Part shown: positions 47,745 to 60,245 of the stretch, in pieces
Layout of the letters: every line of letters begins with the position of its first letter
Position numbering within the stretch: the first letter of the stretch is position 1
Source of the DNA: Takakia lepidozioides
Lineage: Eukaryota; Plantae; Bryophyta
NCBI GenBank assembly: GCA_030704615.1
Contig: CM060732.1
Span: forward strand, 12,834,001 to 12,898,000
Length of the DNA: 64,000 nt
Direction of reading: 5' to 3'
The notes under the pieces: generated by a model
Databases searched by the model: none
What the model saw: the letters and a program-made list of their open reading frames with translations, nothing else
Told to the model about the DNA's origin: nothing
Made by a program: the position numbers and the translations under genes

Positions 47745-50240
47745 TCACGCAATGTGGTGAGGGCACCTTCTTCTTCGACCTATTTCAGCCTGTTTTGCCT
47801 TTCATCAGACTCGGCCCTGAGATGCCTGTGATCAGAGTCGTCCCTATTCATGTTGAATTCTACAAGTTAGCTCGTTGGTGGATCTATGGTGGTTTTGGAG
47901 TGATTTTATTTCCGACCCCAGTCAATGGTGGATCAATCGAGGCAAAAAGGTGAATGCCTGCTGGAAGCAGACGCAAGTCAACATAGGAACTAGTGTGATA
48001 AGTAGGGTTGAGGTGTTTGCTGGAACAATTATAGGCTGTCATTGTCAGCTGCTAGCAGCAAGGCAAGGATGTATGCATGATTTGTGCTTCCACCCACTTC
48101 TCACCATTTGTAATTTCTACTGAAAGGTTCTTCCATGTAAGGAATTTTCCAGTAATCGCCTACAGGATTACTAGAAAGAGGTAACAGAGATGAGGAGAAG
48201 TTGTGGAATGAATACTTTTCTGACCCCAGTCAATGGTGGGACAACCGAGGCAAAAAGGTGAATGCTTGTCAGATTACCAGATGTCATTTTGAACACTGCC
48301 CTGGTGGACATGTATGCCAAATGTGGGTGCATCGAGGATGCCGACCCCAGTCAATAGTGGGACAATCGTAGCAAAAATGTAAGTGTATGTTGGATTTCAG
48401 ATAGTTGGGTGTTACCTATTGATAGTTTGGCTCAGTGACTTTGACATGATACTACCAATGTGACAACAGGAAAGTATCCAGAAAGTATCCAAAAACAGGT
48501 GACAGAGACGAGGAGAAGCTGTGGAATCAAATACTTTTCAGAGCCCAGTCAATGGTGGGACAATCGAGGCAGAAAGGTGAATGCCTGTTGGATTACAAAA
48601 AGTAGCAAGGATGTATGCATGATTTGTGCATAGGCATGGATAGCTGAAGGAGCAGGGATAGAGTGTGGGTCAAGATTCATCCAAGAGGGCCAGATTTCAA
48701 GCATAAGATTAGCTATGATTCCCTGTGGATACATATCCACCATGGCAGTGTCCAGAATGACATTGACATTTGCAGCTTTGATGATGTCACCGTGCACCTC
48801 TTTGCCCTTTTCCAAGGCTGTCAGGCTTGCACAAGCATTGCAAACGCACACAAATGTGATGTTGTTGCGCTTCACCCCTTCCCCCATCATTTGCTCATTT
48901 GTGGATACATATCATGCAAGCATGGCGTTCCATGACACCAAATCTCGTTCAGCCATATTGTTGAACACTCCCTCCACATTTGGCATACATGTCCACAAGG
49001 GTATTGTTCATAATCACATCTGGTACATTTCCAGCTTTGGTGATGCAACCATGGACCTCTTTGCCTTTTTCCAGGGCTGTCAGGCTTGCACACGCACTGC
49101 AAACGCACACAAACGTTATGTGGTCGGGCTTCACCCCTTCCCCCGTCATTTGCTCATAGGTCTCCAGAGCCTCCATCCCGCGCTCTTGCTGTGCACATCC
49201 TGCAAGCATCGCGTTCCACGACACCACATCTCGTTCAGCCATAGTGTTGAACACTCCCTCCGCATCTCAATGCTCCCACATTTGGCATACATATCCAGGA
49301 GGGTATTGTTCAGAATCACATCTGGTACAATTCCAGCTTTGGTGATGCAACCATGCACCTTTTTGCCCTTTTCCAGGGCTGCCAGGCTTGCACACGCACT
49401 GGAAACGCACACAAACATGATGTGGGCGGGCTTCACCCCTCCCCCCATAATTTGTTCATAGGTCTCCAGAGCCTCTATCCCGCGCTCCTGTTGTGCACAT
49501 CCTGCAAGCATCGCGTTCCACGACACCACATCTCGTTCAGCCATAGTGTTGAACACTCCCTCCGCATCCTCAATGCTCCCACATTGGGCATATATGTCCA
49601 CAAGGGGATTGTTCAGAATCACATCTGTACAATTCCAGCTTTGGTGATGCAACCATGCACCTCTTTGCCCTTTTCCAGGGCTGCCAGGCTTGCACACGCA
49701 CTGGAAACGCACACAAACATGATGTGGGCGGGCTTCACCCCTTCCCCCATTATTTGCTCACAGGTCTCCAAAGCCTCCATCCCGCACCCCTGCTGTGCAT
49801 ACCCTACAAACATCGCACTGCACAACACCACATCTCGTTCAGCCATAGTGTTGAACACTCCCTTGGCATCCTCAATGCACCCACATTTGGCATACATGTG
49901 CACCAGGACAGTGTTCAGAATGACATCTGGTAATCTGACAGTCATTCACCTTTTTGCCTCGGTTGTCCCACCATTGACTGGGTCAGAAAAGTATTCATTC
50001 CACCTCGTTTTGGATACTTTCATGTTGTCACATTGGCAGTATCATGTCAAAGTCACTCCAAACTATCAAAGATTCACTCAACCAGCTAACTTGCAGAATT
50101 CAACATGGAAATTTAGGGTCGATTCTGATAAGAGGGAAAAACAGGGTGAAATGTGTTGAAGAAGATGCCTTCATTAGCAACGTCTGATTTTATCAATTGT
50201 GTCGCTGCTGCTGCGGCTTCCAGTTGACCATCTACCCATG
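47745..50240. pseudogene. Rearranged mosaic of PPR upstream-region copies and frameshifted PPR repeats (main pseudogene 48730-49930, minus strand)
   Basis: Frameshifted PLS repeats (ORFs 49619-49945, 49146-49712, 48949-49254). Non-coding blocks homologous to 39650-40215 occur in both orientations. Confidence 0.85.
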
Positions 50241-51297
50241 CAGGTTTACCTCAGACTATAGGGCAAGGGAGTAACAATGATCTTTAGCTTCGTAGCGAAT
50301 TGCTTCCCTATTAAGTTTTTCGGCTAGTGTTTCAAAAGCAACATGTTGCACCCTTACAAGCTCGAAGCTGCATCGTGAAGTTCAAGGAGAAATCAACTTT
50401 ATTTGTTGGGGATGTCATTTGCTTAATCCTTGTGGAATGCTTTGGTTTATTGGCTCTACCAAGACTTTCCGGATAGAGAATGATGTAACTGGTAAGGTTG
50501 AGACAAGATTATAAGCAGTTGTCACGACTGGTTCCTTCATGTTATCCTGGTGGTTTCAACAAACATTTTCCTACCACAAGGAGCCAGTTGCCCCCTGCTT
50601 GATGGATTTTACATTAATATAAACAATTAGTTAGACTTTCAAGATTTCTTGTAGAAAGCCATTCATTTTGCTGTGTGTGAGCTGCCCAACGTTTAGACAC
50701 CAACAGGACGAGGCCCTTTAGGCTAAGTGTTGAGATTTTGAAAGTTGGTGAACAGAGGTGCAAGGACTATGTTCTTGATGGTGCTTGAAAGGGCTACTCT
50801 CTGATGAGAATTCCGCAAACATTGTATTGAAAATTGGGTATACCAGAGAGAACGTAGTTCAAGACGGTGTTTGCTAGAGCCTTGTGGCCATTGACCCCAT
50901 GTCCAGTTTGGGCTGAACAAAAGGGAATAGACAGTACCTTTGTGAAGGGCTCACAGCTCTGGTAGTTGTACTTACATTGATACAAACAATTAATCCGGGC
51001 TTTGCAGGATATCCTCTAGAAAGCCCTTCACACAAGTGTCAATCTGTTGTGTGTGGGTAGCATAGTAATGAGCACCCAACAAAGCCAGGGCTTTAGGTTC
51101 AGCCTCAATATTTTGCCCAGGCATTGGGCTTTTACAATTCCCCTTCTCTGCATCTGTTTGGTGTTCGAAGGTAGGCTCCATGTTCTGAGTTTAACTTTCA
51201 GTCTAGTGCCAAGAGTACATACGCCCTTTAGATCACCCTTAAGGACCTCACAAACTGGAAATGGGGAAAGTTTTTATGCCTAACTTTTTTCTCATTG

Positions 51298-52333
51298 GGT
51301 GGGAAAGGCTGTTATACAAATATACTAATAAAAAATTCTCATAGAAATGCCTTATACATTGATAACTTATGGAGGAAAAATTTGTCCAAATGTTATTTAG
51401 AATCTTCTTTTTTTGAACTAGCCATAAGAGAATTTACTATATTACCCCGTGTTGTTTTGGGTTGTTCAGCCAAATCAGCAGCTCGAGATTCATGGTTCAT
51501 ATCGGGGGATAAACCTGATAAATGAATAACGATAGATAAAAAAAAAATTTAGATTTTACTCTTCAGTTTCAACAAGAAATCCATTACATACGATCCAAAA
51601 AAGATTTTATTCAATAGCAAATAAAAAGTGTATACTTACACATAAAGAGGCGTTGCCAAATAAGTCTGTTTCTAAACGAACAAGGAAAAGCTATATCACT
51701 TGACGAATAAGAGAGCTTGCCCAAAGGATCTTACGCCTCAGTTTCATTTGTAGTAATCTATTTGATTGGATAAAAAGATCCAATGAATTTGAAGCTGCAT
51801 ATAATTACCGGGCGTGCGTTCAAGCGTGTAAGGATTTTAATTTGTTTTCCTTCAATAATCACTAATAAAACTCTCAAGGGAGCCTGCCTCCCCAGGGTTT
51901 CTCCCAAAAAAAAAAAAAAAAAAAAAAAAAAAACCCGGCTTTCGAAAGCCAAAGAAAAAATTCTAACGGTTTACAAGAAAGATTTTTTCAATTTTGTCGA
52001 TTCGTGCAACACAAAATGAAGGATCAACTTCCTTACGAAAGGTTCTATTTAGAATAAGACGGAGAAGTGTGCAAGAACTAGAATCCGAATTGGAAGAGCA
52101 ATTCGTAATATTAGGATTTTTTCGATTATCTAAAGAATATGGGATGGAATATCAGTTATCTAATAAACCCATGTTATTAATCTTCGGGATCCAGTTTTTT
52201 TTTTTTTTTTTTGGGAAAGGTGATGGAGGCCCTTTGTTAGTTTTATTGATAAGTATTGAAGGGATCCCAGTTCATTATCTCAAAATCCGTCAGTTCGTTT
52301 CGTCAAGAATTATTTATAGATGAAGAAATGCTA
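51298..52333 (+). pseudogene. ycf2: Nuclear plastid DNA insertion (NUPT) of ycf2, degenerate
   Basis: AT-rich. Translates to GKAVIQ..., FTILP..LGCSAKSAARDSWFI and DP....RQELFIDEEML, which match recalled Ycf2 C-terminal motifs. Confidence 0.7.
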
Positions 52334-52602
52334 AGTGTGGGAGGATAGTCGAGTGAGGATTGTGCCTCACCCAACACAACATGCACGGTTAGTGCGGCAT
52401 GCCCACAACTTTATGCTTACTTACAGAGCGAGAAAATAAAGAGAAAAATCTCATTCAAGTCAACAAATGAAACAATTTTTTCCTCCGCCGTGGATATGGT
52501 AGAGATTCCATAACTAATTTATCTGTTAGTTGGTGGAACTTCCTTCATTTATGGTCAGCATGGACCTCTTTGCCCATTCCCTATGTATCAAGTTGTTGTT
52601 AC

Positions 52603-53379
52603 CAATGTTGGCTGGGTATGGCATCTGGACATGCATATCCGGCGGTTATTTGCCGGTTATGCACATATGCACAACCGGAAAGCGTAGCCCCCGTAGGAAC
52701 CGGCTATGGAAGGGAACCGGCAAAAGCCATCGAGCTTCCTAACGGGCTAGAGAACCGGCATCGCGATTGTAAGGATGTTATACCCGGAGCAAGATCCGGA
52801 ACAAATGTGGATGTCGTAGAGGCGGTTCTAGATAATACATGTAGGGGGTTGGTGATGGTAATTAAGAACATTGCAGATGGACAGATCCTGGGGGGAATGT
52901 TATGTCTTACTAGTTACAATACATTTACAATGGTTAGGGAGAATGTCCAAGTAGATAGGAAATTAATTAGTTGGGCATTTGGCTAAAGTAATAGTTGTAA
53001 GTTGTAAGCTTAGTGTATTACAAGGGCAGAGCCCCCAGAGATAGATGACACGGGTTGAACATTTGAAAATCAGATCCATAGGCCAATAGAGGAGGCCACG
53101 CCCTCTTTGTGTAGTTTTACACACATACACAAAAAGTCTAGAAAAAGTAAAAAAAATAAAAATGGATGAATCCCATAACCGGTACCATGGAACCGGCATT
53201 TTTTAAGATGACATAACCGGTAGATTGAGAACCGGACAAAAAAAAATTCATGTGTTTAATGAGAACCTGTAACCGAGATGTTTTTTAAACCTATTGGTAT
53301 ACCCTGCCCCGGCCCTCCATTTTTTTCAAAGAGTAGGCTATAACCAGACCGGAAGAGGGCTCAAAACATGGCAACACTG
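52603..53379. mobile_element. Non-autonomous hAT-like element, 777 bp
   Basis: 8-bp TSD GTTGTTAC (52595-52602, 53380-53387). Termini CAATGTTG...CAACACTG. Multiple AACCGG subterminal repeats. Confidence 0.8.
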
Positions 53380-53714
53380 GTTGTTACCACAATTGCGGAA
53401 TAAGTCACCACCCCAATCTTTGTATGTATTATGCAGTGAAAGGTTTTGCGGTGATTTTCTTAGGTTTTGTGGGTCTTCAACTTCAATGTAGTGATAAATT
53501 GCCCCAGTTCTTCATGAATGATCAGCTTTTTTCCCCATGTGTTTTTAGCTTTTTTTTTAAAGCTGTTGGCCTAACTACTAAAGTTGTATACTAGGACGGT
53601 TGGATTTATCTATTCACTTTATCGGACATGGTTTCGAGTTTCGACCAGCCTGTGTGATTATCAATGAGAAAAAGGGACTGAATATAATGTATGTTATGTG
53701 GAAGGGGGTAGAAC

Positions 53715-53805
53715 GTGGTGGACGTGTGGACTCGGAGCAGTCGCACGTTATCGACGTCCTTTTGCTCTGTCCTTGTACGGTGCCTCAGATGCTCTCTATA
53801 TAACC
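53715..53805 (+). promoter_or_regulatory. Possible core promoter of the peroxidase (ABRE/G-box-like ACGTG elements and TATA box)
   Basis: ACGTGG at ~53712, ACGTGTGG at ~53722 and CTATATAA at ~53796, followed by a CT-rich leader. Confidence 0.35.
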
Positions 53806-54128
53806 TTTCATTCCTGAGCTCTAGTATCTCTCTCTAGTATCTCTCTCAGCTATCTTTCGGTAGCAATCTCGCACTGTAGCTCAAATGTAGCATAGATAAA
53901 CTCAGTTGTCAAGTTCGGTGTGCAGGCACACGTCTAACTAGATAGAGTTAATGTACAAGAGGTTCCTTCCCACCCCAGCCATCTTGTGATCATCGGCAGT
54001 TATATCACGTCCATTGTCTATCTCTAGCTTTGGAGCCCAAACGCAGCCGATGCACGTATGCCATATAGGAACCTGCACAGCAAGTCTAAGTTATATTAGC
54101 TTTCAGAAGATCAGCTCTAATATAGAGA

Positions 54129-56434
54129 ATGGAATCTGTAAGAGTGACAATGTGGGTGACTCTAGTGCACGCAATACTCATTTTGGCGACGAAGACGACA
54201 GCCGCGGCACAGCTGACCCCAGACTTCTATCACAAAACATGCCCACATCTGCCATCTATTGTGCTGAGTGCAGTTAACGACACCCTACAATTCGACCCTG
54301 TAAATATGCCGGCTTTGCTCCGAATATTTTACCACGACTGTTTTGTCAATGTACTTACCCCTCCCTCTCCTTCCTAGGATAGAGTCCATGATGTTGCGGT
54401 CTGCCAATTTCTAAGTTGAAATTTATTCAGAACATAATGCCTTTGAAAGTGGTGGCGCTCCTTGGGGCGCGAGAAGTGATTTAGCTGTGGAACCAATCAG
54501 AGTGATGATATCATCACTCTGCTCTCTCTCTCTAGTGTGCCAGCCCAAACCATAACCAAAGAGTCATACTCCAATAAGGGATATGATGGTCGCAAACAAA
54601 AATACAACACAGCTTCCTCAATATTCTCGTACACACATTTGAAATGCTCACGGTGCGGACGTAGCAGATGTATCTCATTACACGTGAGCCTGGATCCAGG
54701 ATAATGTTCTGGTTAACAGGTTCCATCAGTAATTATGACTCGTCCCACAGAAGAAAGTTCAAAGAACTTGAGATGAGACTCGAACTATTGTGGGACATTC
54801 GTGTGGCAGGGATGTGAGGCGTCGATTCTGCTTGACCCAGTTAACAACACTGCAGCAGAGAAGAACGCATCTGTGAACTTGTCGCTTACAGCCTTTGATG
54901 CAGTGGACTACATCAAACAGCAGGTGGAGGATGCATGTCCAGGGGTGGTGTCTTGCGCCGATATACTGGCCATCTCTGCCCAGTATGCTATCTCGCTGGT
55001 GTGTGAAAACCTCAAGCACCCGAAAACTGACTGGAACAACAGAGGGTTGTACTGGAGGTTGCACGTTATTCTACCCTGTTCCGGCTGGTTCAAATATCTA
55101 ATGTTTCACCTCTTGGTTCTACTTTTTCATTAGGTAATGTTAGGGCTATTCAGATCACTCTTATAGTTTGATACACGCTCATGTGTAGTTTTGGGTGTAC
55201 AGGTAGGAGGACCAAACTATACCACACTGCTGGGTCGCAGGGATGGCTTTCAATCGTTCGCTAGTAACGCTACGGCACAGTTGCCCCTCGCAAGTTCAAG
55301 CATCTCACAGCTGATTTCCATCTTTGCATCACACAAGTTGACTTTGCGAGATTTGGTCACTCTCAGCGGTAAGTCAAACTTTGCTTATTTTACAGAAGTT
55401 CGTTCCGTTAATTTGTTAAGCACGGTTTGTACACACCAGTTAAGTTGTAATATGGACACAGAGTGATTACGTTCAAATGGTCCCTGGGGGCCGGACATCC
55501 TGTGGTGCCGTGCAAGGCTCTTTAAAACTTGACTTGTTGGCCGAGAGAGATTGATCAGACACTGAGTAGTGGGATACCGAACTTGCTCTAGGTTCGAGGT
55601 TCGGTACGGACTCAGTACTAGGTACAGTTTTAAGACTTCGGACGTTGATCACAGAATTACCAGCCACGTTGATGGAACATCATTAACTGCTACCTGTACA
55701 TAGGTGCACATCATGTATAAAATAAGAGATGGAAGTATTATTCGATACCAGCTCGATGCAGTGAACAATAAACTAGTAGACATCCACTTTCCACTGCTTA
55801 CCTGGTCTTCACGGCCCTAGCTGGATATCTGTAACATTCTAGATGTCAAGTTTCCTGGTGGGTCGAGAAGAAACAAATATATCTAATCCGAAATTTGTTT
55901 AGAGGCAAACTGTATCCAAAATATACATCTTTCTTCCTGCCGCTACAGTTGAGTGATGTACTTAATGAGCATGCACAAGTTCCCAACGGCTGTGATTATT
56001 GTCTTACAGGAGCACATACAATAGGCTTTGCACACTGTAATTCCTTCACGCCCCGCCTCTATAACTACCCTGGCGGTAACGGTGGTGTCGATCCCACAAT
56101 GGACGGGACATTTGCAGACCAACTTATGCAGCTTTGTCCTTCTAAACGTGCCGACCCGACCATTGTACAACCGTTTGATCCTGCGACTGAGGGCGCAGCA
56201 TTTAACAATACGTACTTCCTCAATATCCAGTTCCAAGAGGGATTGCTACATTCCGATCAAGCGTTATATTCCAATTCGAGCACGAGTGACATAGTTGACG
56301 ATTATACTGCTGACTTGACCTGGTTTTACGGTAACTTCTCTGTCTCTATCGTAAAGATGGGAAATATTGGTGTGCTGACAGGAACAGCGGGTCAAGTTCG
56401 AACGGATTGCCATGTTGTGAACAAGGTGGGATGA
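54129..56434 (+). CDS. Class III secretory peroxidase, 4 exons (54129-54350, 54810-54998, 55203-55368, 56010-56434)
   Basis: Signal peptide followed by QLTPDFYHKTCP, LLRIFYHDCFVNGCEAS, CPGVVSCADILA, LGRRDG and LVTLSGAHTIG. Canonical 189- and 166-bp middle exons with GT-AG introns. Confidence 0.95.
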
Positions 56435-57344
56435 TGGTCTTTAAATCTTCTAAAGATCAGGACTACACTAGACATTTTGGAATGACGTTGGAGGTGATCT
56501 AGCAATTTAGCAATGTTGCAATTTGGTAAACGATATTGAACCGCTATGGTCATGAGTAGGCAGAAAATGTACGAGCTTGAAGGCGCTACCATTTTTGTGG
56601 GAGAAAATGTATTGCGCATTAACACTGTAAGCCTTTTACGACTTCATGAAAGATCTAGGCTGCGTATATTAGAATTGAGCCCAGATGTTACTTCGAGTTG
56701 GTTGTATTCCCAGTATATCCGATAGATCGCACTTAAGCTTGCAATCAATTTAATGTCTCGGATCACGGAAGCCACCCACAAACGCTTAATAATGCAATAC
56801 TGCAGTAATGGCCTAATTTACAACAGTGCTTGTAGTATACCACGCTCGGGCGAATGGGATGAAACAGGTTTTCAATTCCAAACCCTCTTCTACCGAGTAG
56901 AGAGATTGTTTGCAGGCATGACTGACCCATGACGAGTTTCCAAGTTTTAGACGAATTAATTATAATTCGCAACCACTAACGGCTGAGCGAAGTGGGAATG
57001 AACGAAACGAATGTTCACGCTGACCCCGCCGAACGGGACCATATAATATGCGTAGATCCCACCACGGACCCAAACTTAGTCGCACCAGTTCTGTTTATCA
57101 AAATCATCACCAATTTCGACTTCCAGTACTTCTGTGGTCTTTTGAAGGGCTTCAATGTGTTGACAAGACCAAGCTAGAGCTGTGGCTCGACAGCCGTACA
57201 AGTCCTACTGTGACTGCAGTTGCAAACAGCCAGACCACGTTCTTCACTAAGTGGAGAACAAGCGATAGGTAAGATGAGTTCGCTAGGTGTTTTGAATGCC
57301 ACAAAAGGGCAGATTCGCGTTAACGACTGCAAAGCGAACGACCG

Positions 57345-57985
57345 AGGCTCATGAAAGAGTTATCATACTGTGTCACCAGAAAGTGCGAGTACCAGGTGGT
57401 ACTCCGTGCCTTCACCCAGTCTCCAAGTGCTTGATTCATGAGTAGTTCGAACACACATGAGAGTCGATATTGATGCAAGATGATAGAATTTCGCATAGCT
57501 TCAAAAATCAATCTGTTCTGAGGCTCATATTCAATAATCTGATCATCGTTTTCTACTTCATGGCACAACATTAACTGCAGTCTGCTCTTGAGCTCGTAAA
57601 AGAACATGCAAGAACTGTGCCAAGAGGACTATCTTGATTGGCCTCATGACACTGAGCAACGAGCACAAAATGAGCAAGAAGTGAGAAAAAAACGAGCAAG
57701 AAATGAGCAAGACACGATCTGAAGTCTGAAGCGACGAAGTGAAAATGACTGAGACAACGATCAGCCAAACTGTCTAGATGTGCTAGATCATCGTGAACAA
57801 TAACAAGCTCATAATAATTAGGTATCGACGTGATATTATCTTTGCTGTACTAATCTGCGTATGTGTGAACATAGATCGTTAAGTATAGAAGTTAAGTAAT
57901 TAACAACATTTAAACTCATCACCAGGATATACGCTCTCACAGGGCTTCTATCACCAGGCCTCTATCACTAGGTCTGAACGTACCT
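57345..57985 (-). mobile_element. PIF/Harbinger-like element end with N-terminal transposase remnant
   Basis: Minus-strand WVKARSTTWYSHFLVTQYDN. Terminus AGGTACGTTCAGACC flanked by TAA. Confidence 0.5.
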
Positions 57986-59869
57986 TAAGTAGTTTAATAA
58001 TTTTAAGTACGATAGCCTCAGACTATCATATCTGATCCTTGCATCTTAACAATTGACATTTTATTTTTATGTTTTTGTAATGTTGGTTGTAAAATATATA
58101 TTTTTTACTTGACTTGCACTTGTAATTTCATTATGTATATGATTTTTATTGTTATTACTTTGGGTACAGTGTCTTGGATATGATAAGGTTCCAGAAATGG
58201 CGTCTTTTATGATCTTCCAAACATAAGATCCACGAAGGCTTCCCTAACGGAGCCATTTCATCCCAGCTCCTGCTTCAAAATATATGAATAATTGAGAAAG
58301 ATCCACGTTCTGTTCAAAGCTTTTGAAGCAATTTGTCGACCACTAAAGTGACCTGCTCTTTTATGTACATCAAATAAAATACTACTACGTGTAATGGATA
58401 CCAATTTTTACCTTTTTTTCGAGGAAACACCAGCTCCAGTGATACCATTTTATATTATAGAGAATCTCATATTAAGTGGAGAACGAAACAGTAAAGTAAA
58501 AGAAAACTATACGAGTAATGTCAGAATTCAACATTTACAAACGTGCAATTTGACGATACGTTCGCCAATTTTCGGCAGCGTAGACTCCACCATACCTCCT
58601 ATCAAATCCACCTAACCCCCTCTTGCCCCACATTCTCTATCAAAGATTTTAGAATGTTGTTGATTGTTGTTAAGTGACAAGGAGGTTGTAATTGGTAAAG
58701 TGATGGTGAACCGTGATAGTACCTGTACGAGATTGGTACGACTTTTGTTAGATTGCTACATCATCCCCATTTCGTGTCACTGCAATGTCTAGTGCTTTAT
58801 GTCACCATGTTCCGTATCATTCTGGTGTCATCTTTTTTATATGGTCAAATTTTCTGACACAAAATGGGAGTTACACTAATTGAAGTGACATTATCTCCCA
58901 TGTTCCTCCAACTACTAGTGGCACTCTACTGATGTGAAGTCTCTGTTCATGTCACTTTGGTGTCCTTCTTTGAAGTTGAGAACGGGTGGGAAAATTTAAA
59001 AACTGATAAAACACCGGCATACCGTGCTGTCAAGACTCAAAGATCACATACTAGCATTCAGTTCTTACATTGTTGCTATTGTTTTCATAGAGAAATATGA
59101 CTCCAACTAAAACAGTTTAATTAAGATCCACTTCATCTTTGAAATGTCTAGCAACTTTGCAAATCATGACAAATGAAAAATGGAGATTGGGGAACGTAAG
59201 CAAGAAACAAAAAAAACAAACAAACATTCAAATATATGATGTTAAATGAAGTAAAATGATAAATCCCCAATAAAGTCTGCTGACTAATTTTGAAGAAAAT
59301 TAGGGATGATTTGTTAGACGCCATGTTGCATGTTGAGATGATTTTACAGCTAGATTATTATTGTTAGATGAGTAAATGCAATTTTTTAATTTTTGGATGA
59401 TGGATTGACAATTTAAGGCAGCTCATTATAATGACAATGGTATAATATATTGATTTACTAAGTACATCAAATCAATATATGAAGCGAGACGTTTGTTTGT
59501 TTGTTTGTTTTGTTTTGTTTTGTAGCATTAAGATGTCCCAAACTGCGAGGCCCCGGCGCTGAGGCTTGGCCCATTGGAAAGCCCTCGACGAGGAGGGGTG
59601 CACGGGCTTGGTCTCACGATTTTTGGACTTGCGGTGTGGGTGATGTGGAATTTCAAGTACTTTGGGTCGCTGGAAATTCACAAAAAATTGCAAAGTGGGC
59701 ATTCTTGGGACAATGGTTGGAGCCTCGACATGAGAGCAAGGGAAAGGTCACCGGTTCAAATCTGGCCGTAGGCTCTGTGGGAAAAAAAAGGCAAGGACTA
59801 TGCTTACCCGACGAGTTTAAGGCAAGTGTATGAGGTGGTGGGCCTGCTGGCCTGAGCTCAGGGAGGCTC

Positions 59870-60245
59870 CGGCATACTATATGTCAAATCTCTTCCCCCA
59901 CTGTGAAGGTGGGGAGCGCTCCACACCTCCCGCTCCCTCCTCACGCTCCCCATTTTTAGGACCATGAAACATTCTCCAATTTTGCTCTCATGTTTCCGGT
60001 CCAAGATCCTTGCTCCCCATAGCGGGACATGGGAGCGGGGACCACGAACATGGGAGCGAGCCACATTCCACATGGCGAGTAGGACCGGAACAGGGGAGCG
60101 AGCAACGTTCCATAGGGCGAGGAGGGGAGCGAGACCAAGAACAGGGGAGCGGGACTGGGAACAATGAGGGGAGAGAGGGAACAGGGGAGTGGAGCCACGA
60201 TCTTGGACTTAGGATTATTTTGGAGATGAAAAAACATGTCAAGTT
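59870..60245 (-). repeat. Second, inverted copy of the 35815-36400 repeat family
   Basis: Reverse-complement similarity to 35815-36400. Confidence 0.7.

Noticed and set aside
59470-59760. Possible Helitron-like or other dispersed repeat beginning near a (TTTG)n tract
   Set aside because: No clear termini or second copy in the window.
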